Source: Octopus sinensis
Lineage: Eukaryota
Direction: 5' to 3'
NCBI RefSeq assembly: GCF_006345805.1
Contig: NW_021825208.1
Location: forward strand, 1 to 16,348
DNA length: 16,348 nucleotides
The position numbers and the translations under genes were made by a program. Of this stretch, positions 1 through 7,493 are shown one piece after another (the stretch's first letter is position 1; each line of letters begins with the position of its first letter). The notes under the pieces were generated by a model that worked only from the letters and a program-made list of their open reading frames with translations, made no database searches and had not been told where the DNA came from.

Positions 1-562
1 AACTGACACATTATTACTCACGATCTGTCTGCGATATTTAAAAATATTTTTCCTCGTCAAATTCATCTTTAATTCACAAATATTTTCTTTGTTTATATAA
101 ATTCTTTCTCCTAATCCAAAGTTAATTTTAATTCTGTTTCTCAATTTTCAGTCTTTTTTTTCATATTCGTTCGAATATCCATAGTCCAGAATCGGTTGTA
201 AATTCCATGGTGATTGGAGAATAACAAGAATTCTCAAGAAGTTAGCATTAAGCATCTTTGGAAAATGTGATGGCAGAATATATACTCCGCATGACGTAGA
301 AAACTAATATAGCAAAACTCACGAACTGTCTGCAATGGTTCAAAAAATAAAATAATAAAGATGAAGCAAAATGTAATATTTTCATTAAAATCCATCGAAA
401 TTTACAAATGCTTTTTTTCTCGTTTCTATAATTATTAATCTGGTAAATTTTGTCTTAGTGTGGTGTTGTTATTTAACCGCAGGCTGGTCTTGATGGTGCG
501 TGTGAACTGAGAGGTAACGTGAGCTTTTGAGACAGAGCAAGTATTTGATCACACTATACAGT

Positions 563-890
563 ACGATGACGATGAGACGACGACGGTGACGGCGACAGAG
601 ACGACGAGGTCAACGACGAAAAAGGCACTGGCGGTGACAGCGGCGAAGGCGACGTTGATGGTGGTGGTGGCAGCGAAGGCGACGAAGACTGTGACGACGG
701 CAACGGTGGTGAAAGCGGTGACGTTGATGGCGATGGCGAGATCAACAATTACGCCGACGATGACAATGTCCGCAACAACGAAGGTGCTTTGCAATAGCGA
801 CGACGACTTAGTCTGCGTAGACGACGGGGCAACGGTGACGAAGGCGGCGACATTGATGAAGGCGGCGGTGGCAACGGTAACTACGGCGAC
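563..890. repeat. Degenerate GAC/GGC/ACG trinucleotide low-complexity tract
   Basis: Mixed gacgac/acggcg/gtgacg triplets without a fixed unit. It resumes briefly at 1315-1330 after the SINE insertion. Confidence 0.8.
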
Positions 891-1310
891 AAAGGCGGCG
901 AGCTGGCAGAATCGTTAGCACGCTGGGCGAAATGCTTAGCGGTATCTCGCCCACCGTTACATTCTGAGTTCAAATTCCGCCGAGGTCGACTATGCCTTTC
1001 ATCCTTTCGGGGTCGATTTAAATAAGTACCAGTTACACACTGGGGTCGATATAATCGACTTAATCCGTTTGTCTGTCCTTGTTTGTCCCCTCTGTGTTTA
1101 GCCCCTTGTGGGTAGTAAAGAAATAGGTATCTCGCCCGCCGTTACGTTCTGAGTTCAAATTCCGCCGAGGTCGACTATGCCTTTCATCCTTTCGGGGTCG
1201 ATTTAAATAAGTACCAGTTACGCACTGGGGTCGACATAATCGACTTAATCCGTTTGTCTGCCCTTGTTTGTTCCTTCTGGGTTTAGCCCCTTGTGGGTAG
1301 TAAAAAAATA
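891..1310 (+). mobile_element. tRNA-derived SINE, dimeric (one head plus two tandem ~185-bp bodies), with target-site duplication
   Basis: Head AAAGGCGGCGAGCTGGCAGAATCGTTAGC and B-box-like GAGTTCAAATTCC (966-978). The body starts at 941 and repeats at 1126. Flanked by the direct repeat GGTAACTACGGCGAC at 876-890 and 1311-1325. Homologous to 13245-13458 and 14021-14425. Confidence 0.9.
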
Positions 1311-1332
1311 GGTAACTACGGCGACGATGAGA

Positions 1333-1870
1333 GGGTACCAGCCCACAACATGACTCCACCTTGTTTTTGGAATCCTAATCATTGGTGACGCTCATCTCCA
1401 AAATAGACCCAACAATTTGCTCAACCGTCAGATCCGTCAAAAGCCCTGGTTTCGTCAGTGAACAGAACACAACTCATGTCTAACGTCATATACTAATGGG
1501 CCTGTTGAAGCGTCAAACTCCTGTGTGAAGGCAACTTCAGGAGCTCCCGCACGGAAGCCATGTTCCTGAGGATGCGATTCCTGGTGGTTTTCGGTACTCG
1601 AGGAAGTCCGGAGGCAGTGAAAATGGCTTTGCTTGTTTGTTCAAGTTTCCTACGTAACTTGCGGCCAATATTCCTCAAATCTCGAGCTGTTGCAGTTTGG
1701 GAGGTCCCGCAATCCGTTCGTTTCTTTCTTAGCGAAAGGTCCTTCAAAGAATCGTCTAACCGTGCCCAGAGGACGACCTAATTTCTCCGCATTGACATGA
1801 AAAGAGGTGCTTTTAGCACTTACCTTGATGATAGATTTTCTTCATCGTTAAGGACTTTTCCACGTCTCAT
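1333..1870 (-). pseudogene. Tc1-like transposase pseudogene, N-terminal HTH region to first catalytic Asp
   Basis: Hand translation: MRRGKVLNDEE... (ATG 1870), RKKRTDCGTSQTATARDLRNIGRKLRR..., then YMTLDMSCVLFTDETRAFDGSDG*ANCWVYFGDERHQ*LGFQKQGGVMLWAG. The FTDE..DG.DG and QGG.VM.WAG motifs resemble TRT/DD37E transposases. First Asp at 1456-1454. Stops and frameshifts present; the second D and the E are missing. Confidence 0.8.
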
Positions 1871-2068
1871 TGTTTTTAGAGAGGAGAGACATTATTAGCG
1901 TGGTTCATCCAAAGCTAAAGAATCTGAAATAAAGCAGAAAGAATATTATACAGAATTTTGAAAACATAACAATGCTGTTGCCATAGTGTGCACACTAGCT
2001 GGGAAGAATTTTATAAAAACCAAGAAATCCTAAATTTCCCTCCTAAGCTATTAGCGTGGTTCTAGGTG
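1333..2068 (-). mobile_element. Tc1-superfamily DNA transposon, 5' part only (TRT/DD37E-like)
   Basis: Terminus CACCTAGAACCACGCTAATAG on the minus strand next to TA at 2069-2070. A 14-bp direct repeat lies at 2049-2062 and 1893-1906, followed by a decayed transposase. I found no matching opposite terminus. Confidence 0.75.
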
Positions 2069-2165
2069 TATGTGTGTGTGTGTGTGTGTATTTATAAACG
2101 TATATGTTTGTGTTCGCGTGTGTGTATGAGTGTGCGTGTGGCTATATATAAATATGCATATATGC
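2069..2165. repeat. (TG)n/(TA)n microsatellite
   Basis: Directly visible dinucleotide runs. Confidence 0.85.
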
Positions 2166-2944
2166 GTATTCCTATGACTCTATAGAATTTTCGACAAAGA
2201 AATCATTATTTCCTGTTGATGCTTTTTATGGTTATTACCACAAATAAAGACATTATTAGTGTTGTTATTATCATTCTTGATATTGTTGCAATTATGGCTG
2301 CTCTCGTTGCAATTGTTAGTAATTTCGTTGTAGTATTTTTTATTCAATATTTCCATTTCCAAATAAGCGATTTCTATACATATTTGCATACAAGTTGCAG
2401 CAAGTATGTATACTTATAGCTAATTTTGAACAAATACGGCTTCCGACGCTAATAATGTTGGATTATTTATGTTTTTTTTGCATCTGTGTTTATTTTCTTT
2501 TCGTACAATGTTGAAGGTTATCAAGTACTGCAAACTCTATTTAGGATTTCTACATTTTGCAACATGCTTACGTCTATCTATTCTCATAGGTAATCTATTA
2601 AGTGATTTACAGAAATGTTTGTATACTATTCTCCTTATAGTAGCAATTCCAAATGAGAAGATAGAAACATTCCCTAACTGTCCTATTCTCATATATTATT
2701 CCCATAGAAAATATTTACAGAATCCGACATTGCTATATTCGTGAACGGGTTTATGACTATCCTCAAAGGTGTTATGTCCATGTATGCTTTTACAGATGTA
2801 ATTGTATGTGTTTCCAGTTATAGTACCTATATAGAATTGGTTTCAAGAACATATTTCTCAACTGACAAAACGTTTTGTTTCTTTTTCATTCAACACTAAG
2901 CAGGTGTAATTCTTTACTTTTTCAGCCATTTTGGGTGTATTGTG

Positions 2945-3150
2945 CTTATTATTATTATTATTATTGACCGCATCATCATCTTCCTCATTATCAACATCGT
3001 CGTCGTCATCATCCACATAATCATCGTCATTGCCGTCGTCGTCATCATCACAAAAACCACCACCGCCACCGCCATCACCACCACCACCACCACCACCACC
3101 ACCACTGCCACAACCACCTCCACCACCAAAATGATAGTGACCGTGATGAT
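2945..3150. repeat. Compound trinucleotide tract (ATT, ATC/GTC, CAC/ACC, ATG)
   Basis: Visible triplet runs with a shifting unit; abuts the satellite array. Confidence 0.85.
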
Positions 3151-3155
3151 GAAAT

Positions 3156-3500
3156 TAAAACCGATGTGAACCGGTTAAAACCGGTATGAACCGGTTGAAA
3201 CGGGTATGAAGCGGTTAAAACCGGTGAACCTGTTAAAGCCGGTATGAACCGGTTTGGTCCGGTTTGACTGGTTTGAACTGGTTTGAACCGGATTGAACCG
3301 GTTTGAACAGGTTTGATCGGGTTTGAAACGGTTTGATACGGTCTGGACCCGTTTGAACCGGTTGGTACCGGATTGAACCGGTTTGAACCGGTTTGATCGG
3401 CTTTGAACCGGTTTGATTAGGTTTGAACCGGTTTGGACCGGTTTGAGCCGGATTGAACCGGTTTGAACCGGTTTGAACTGGTTTGAACCAGTTTGAACCG
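3156..3500. repeat. Satellite block A1: 10-bp unit TTTGAACCGG, ~35 copies
   Basis: Tandem gtttgaaccg units, more degenerate at the left edge. Contains the palindrome AACCGGTT. Confidence 0.95.
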
Positions 3501-3503
3501 ATT

Positions 3504-3764
3504 TCGGCACAGTCTTTGATCTTTGTCGGCACCGTCTTTGTTCTCTGTCGGCAACCGTCTTTGATCTTTGTCGGCAACGTCTTTGATCTCTGTCGGCACC
3601 ACCTTTGATCTTTGTCGGCACACTATTTGATCTCTATCAGCACCGTCTTTGATCTTTGTCGGTACAGTCTTTGATCTCTGTCGGGACCGCCTTTGATCTT
3701 TGTCGGCACCGAATTTGATATCTGTCGGCACCGCCTTTGATCTCTGTCGGCACCATATTTTGAT
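3504..3764. repeat. Minisatellite block B1: 22-bp unit TGTCGGCACCGYCTTTGATCTY, ~12 copies
   Basis: 22-bp period, reflected in the 22-aa repeat PTEIKDGADRDQRRCRQRSKTV (3 units = 66 nt) in the ORF track. Confidence 0.95.
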
Positions 3765-3960
3765 TAGGTTTGAAGCGGTTTAAACCGGATTGAACCGGAT
3801 TGAACCAGTTTGAACCGGTCTGAACCGGATTGAACCCGATTGAATCGGTTTCAACCGGTTTGAACTGGTTTGAACCGGTTTGATCCGGTTTGAACCAGTT
3901 TCAACCGGTTTGAACCGTATTTAACCGGTTTAGACCGGTTTGAACCGGTTTGAACCGGTC
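3765..3960. repeat. Satellite block A2: 10-bp unit, ~20 copies
   Basis: Same unit as A1. Confidence 0.95.
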
Positions 3961-4730
3961 TCGGCACCGTCTTTGTTCTTTGTCGGCACCGTCTTGGATC
4001 TCTGTCGGCACCGCCTTTGATCTTTGTCGGCAACGTATTTGATCTCTATTGGCACCGCCTTTGATCTTTGTCGCCACACTCTTTGATCTCTGTCGGCACC
4101 GTCTTTGATCTCTGTCGGCACCGCCTTTGATCTTTGTCGGCACCGTCTTTGATCTTTATCGGCACCATCTTTGATCTCTGTCGGCACCGTCTTTGCTCTT
4201 TGACGGCACCGTCTTTGATCTTTGTCGGCACCGTCTTTGATCTCTGTTGGCACCGCGTTTGATCTTTGTCGCCACTGTCTTTGATCTCTGTCGGCATCGT
4301 CTTTGATCTCTGTCGGCACCGTCTTTGATCTCTGTTGGCACCGCCTTTGATCTTTTTTCGGCACCGTAATTGATCTCTGTCGGCACCGTCTTTGATCATT
4401 GTCGGCACCGTATTTGATATCTGTCGGCACCGTCTTTGATCTCTGTCGGCACCGTCTTTGATATCTGTCGGCACCGCCTTTGATCTTTGTCGGCACCGTC
4501 TTTGATCTTTGTCGGCAACGTCTTTGATCTCTGTCGGCACATTTTTTGATATCTGTCGGCACCGCCTTTGATCTTTGTCAGCACCGTCTTTGATCTCTGT
4601 CGGCACCGTCTTTGATCTTTGTCGGCAACGTCTTTGATCTCTGTCTGCACAGTCTTTGATCTTTGTCGGCACATTCTTTGATCTCTGTCGGCACATTCTT
4701 TGATCTCTGTCGGCACCGCCTTTGATCTCT
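3961..4730. repeat. Minisatellite block B2: 22-bp unit, ~35 copies
   Basis: Same unit as B1; 770 bp. Confidence 0.95.
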
Positions 4731-6560
4731 GACATTCCTGACATTCCAGGCATTCCTGACATTCCAGATATTCCAGACATTCCAGACATACCCGACATTC
4801 CAGACATTCCTGACATTCCTCTCATTCCTGACATTCCAGGCATGCCTGATATTCCTGACATTCCAGGAATTCCTGACATTCCAGAGATTCCTGACATTCC
4901 AGACATTCCTCACATTCCAGACATTCCTGAATTTCCGGAAATTCCAGACATTCCTGACATCCCAGAAATTCCAGACATTCCTGACATTCCAGACATGTCT
5001 GACATTCCAGAAATTCCCAACATTCCTGACATTCCAAACATTCCTGACATTCCAAATATTCCTGACATTCCTGAAATTCTAAACATTCCTGACATTTGTA
5101 CCGGTTTGATCAGGCTTGATCCGGCTTTGACCTTTGTCGGCACCGTATTTGATCTCTGTTGGCACCGTCTTTGATCTCTGACGGGTCCGTCTTTGATCTC
5201 TGTCGGCACCGTCTTTGATCTCTGAGATTCATAACATTCCAGGCATTCCTGACATTCCTGACATTCAAGATATTCCAGACATTCCAGACATTCCAGACTT
5301 TCCACACATTCCAGACATACCTGACATTCCTATTATTCCTGACATTCCTATTATTCCTGACATTCCAGACATTCCTGACATTCCAGACATGCCTGATATT
5401 CCTGACATTCCAGAAATTACTGACATTCCGGACATTCCTCACATTCCAAACATTCCTGACATTCCAGACATTCCTGACATTCCGGAAATTGCAGACATTC
5501 CTGACATTCCAGAAATTCCAGACATTCCTGACATTCCCGACATGCCTGACATTCCAGACATGCCTGACATTCCAGAAATTCCAGACATTCCTCACATTCC
5601 AAAATTTCCTGACATTCCAAATATTCCTGACATTCCAGAAATTCCAGACATTCCTGACATTCCAAACATTCCTGACTTTCCAAATATTCCTGACATTCCT
5701 GAAATTCTAAAGATTCCTGACATTCCTGACATTTGTACCGGTTTGATCAGGCTTGATCCGGCTTTGATCTTTGTCGGCACCGTATTTGATCTCTGTCGGC
5801 ACCGTCTTTGATCTTTATCGGCACCGTCTTTAATGTCTGTTGGCACCGTGTTTTATCTCTGTCGGCACCGTCTTTGATCTCTGTCGGCACCGTCTTTGAT
5901 CTCTGACATTCCTGACATTCCAGGCATTCCTGACATTCCTGACATTCCAGATATTCCAGACATTCCAGACATTCCAGACATTCCTGACATTCCAGACATT
6001 CCTGACATTCCAAATATTCCTGACATTCCTGACATTCTAAACATTCCTGACATTCCTGACATTTGTACCGGTTTGATCAGTCTTGATCCGGCTTTGATCT
6101 GTGTCGGCACCGTCTTTGATCTCTGTCGGCACCGTCTTTGATCTTTGTCGGCATACTCTTTGATCACTGTCGGTACCGTCTTTGATCTCTGTCGGCACCG
6201 TCTTTGATCTCCTTCGGCACCCTCGTTGTCTGGAATAACAGGAATGTATGGAATGTCAAGAATGTCAGGAATGTCTGCAATGTTAGGAATGTCAGGAATT
6301 CCAGACATTCCAGACATTCCTGACATTCCAGACATGCCTGACATTCCAGAAATTCCCAACATTCCTGACATTCCAAACATTCCTGACATTCCAAATATTC
6401 CTGACATTCCTGAAATTCCAGACATTCCTGACATTCCAGGCGTTCCAGACATTCCAGATATTCCAGATATCCTTACATTCCTGACGTTTCTGACATTCCG
6501 GACATTCCTGACATTTGAACCGGTTTGATCAGGCTTGATCCGGTCTGAACCGGTTTGGTC
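4731..6560. repeat. Higher-order array of 9-bp GACATTCCW blocks alternating with a 34-bp junction and short 22-bp blocks
   Basis: 9-bp blocks at 4731-5096, 5224-5733, 5905-6063, 6227-6298 (inverted) and 6299-6515. Junction TGTACCGGTTTGATCAGGCTTGATCCGG.. at 5097, 5734, 6064 and 6516. 22-bp blocks at ~5125-5223, ~5762-5904 and ~6092-6222. Confidence 0.95.
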
Positions 6561-6784
6561 TGTAACTATCATTTCACTAAAACTTTATTGTGACTGTCAT
6601 CGGCTTTGATATATAATCGTTGATGCTATTTTGGTTGTTGCTGCTATAGTTTTCTTATGAAAAACAATTGACACATTACCATTTTATGGTGTTTGAATTG
6701 TTCCCGGCTAAGCATCCAAAAGAATTTCGTTTCGTTGTTTTAAAGATGTCGACACCGATTAGAGATTTGTTGAATTTCAGACGT

Positions 6785-6903
6785 TAGAGAGAGAAGATAG
6801 ATGCACACACACATACGCAAACACCAACGCATTCAGAGAGACGCAGACACACATATCTATCTATATCTCTCTATATATATATTCACACTCACATATATAT
6901 ATA
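6785..6903. repeat. Mixed GA/CA/TA microsatellite
   Basis: Visible dinucleotide runs. Confidence 0.75.
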
Positions 6904-6908
6904 CGTCA

Positions 6909-7065
6909 AGGCGCATGGCTCTGTGGTTAGAGCGTCGGGTTCACATTCATGAGGAAGTTTGATCGATTCAAGGACCGGGTTGTGTGCTGTGTTCTTGAGC
7001 AAGACACTTTGTTTCACGTTGCTCCAGTTCACTCAGTTGTGAAAATGAGTTGCGACGTCACTGGT
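6909..7065 (+). mobile_element. tRNA-derived SINE with CORE-like segment, 3' truncated
   Basis: tRNA-like head AGGCGCATGGCTCTGTGGTTAGAGCG, then GTGTTCTTGAGCAAGACACTTTGTTTCACGTTGCTCCAGT, which is shared with the inverted copy at 12312-12556. Confidence 0.75.
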
Positions 7066-7120
7066 ATCATCTGTTGTTAAGCGATGGTGGTGAGGGGACA
7101 AACACTGACACACAAACATA

Positions 7121-7150
<30 letters not shown>
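7066..7150 (-). mobile_element. Internal fragment of the microsatellite-containing SINE family
   Basis: GTTGTTAAGCGATGGTGGTGAGGGGACAAACAC matches 11890-11925 and 12887-12930. Confidence 0.6.
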
Positions 7151-7158
<8 letters not shown>

Positions 7159-7282
7159 TTATTTACTACGTCGAGGTGCCAAAGTCCCTTAAGGGATGCG
7201 AGCATCTTAGTTCACCGGTTTATACCAGTAGATATAAGTAGGAAGATCTTATTTTAAACACACACACACACATATATATATG

Positions 7283-7484
7283 TGTGACCTCGTGTGTACC
7301 GTTGGCGATTTTTTCCTCTTTCTTCCCTTCTCTGGATCTTTCCTTCTCCTATGTTTCCGACGAAGAGTTCCGCTCGAAACGTTAAACCCTCCTTCTTCCC
7401 TTCTTTCCTGAGCGTCCAATAATACAATATTTGTTCCACGTCCACGCGTTGTTGTTTTTTTGTGTTTTCTTGTTTGGATTAACT
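7283..7484 (+). mobile_element. ~200-bp dispersed repeat with a hammerhead-like motif (Penelope-like terminal repeat or non-autonomous derivative), copy 1
   Basis: Highly similar to 15942-16146. Contains GTTTCCGACGAAGAGTTCCGCTCGAAACGTTAAAC at 7353-7387. The Penelope assignment rests on the motif alone. Confidence 0.6.
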
Positions 7485-7493
7485 ATATATATA

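Noticed and set aside
549-918. Thr/Ala/Val/Ser-rich ORFs (586..918 + and overlapping minus-strand ORFs)
   Set aside because: Translations of a triplet low-complexity tract; the plus ORF ends inside a SINE head.
1060-1359. 99-aa minus-strand ORF
   Set aside because: Antisense read-through of the SINE; its start lies in an alternative frame of the transposase remnant.
2914-3169. Poly-Ile/Val/Thr ORFs
   Set aside because: Trinucleotide repeat artefact.
3504-4730. CRISPR-like reading of the 22-bp repeats
   Set aside because: Units are head-to-tail with no unique spacers, there are no cas genes, and the context is eukaryotic.
3156-6560. Contamination by a synthetic reporter construct
   Set aside because: Units are diverged and rearranged, there is no vector, promoter or reporter sequence, and the edges blend into genomic repeats.
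3175-6572. Long minus-strand ORFs (QTGSNRFKPV, PTEIKDGADRDQRRCRQRSKTV, MSG, ECQ, NVR repeats)
   Set aside because: The consensus units happen to lack TCA/TTA/CTA, so all three minus frames are open at once. That is expected of satellites and is not evidence of coding.
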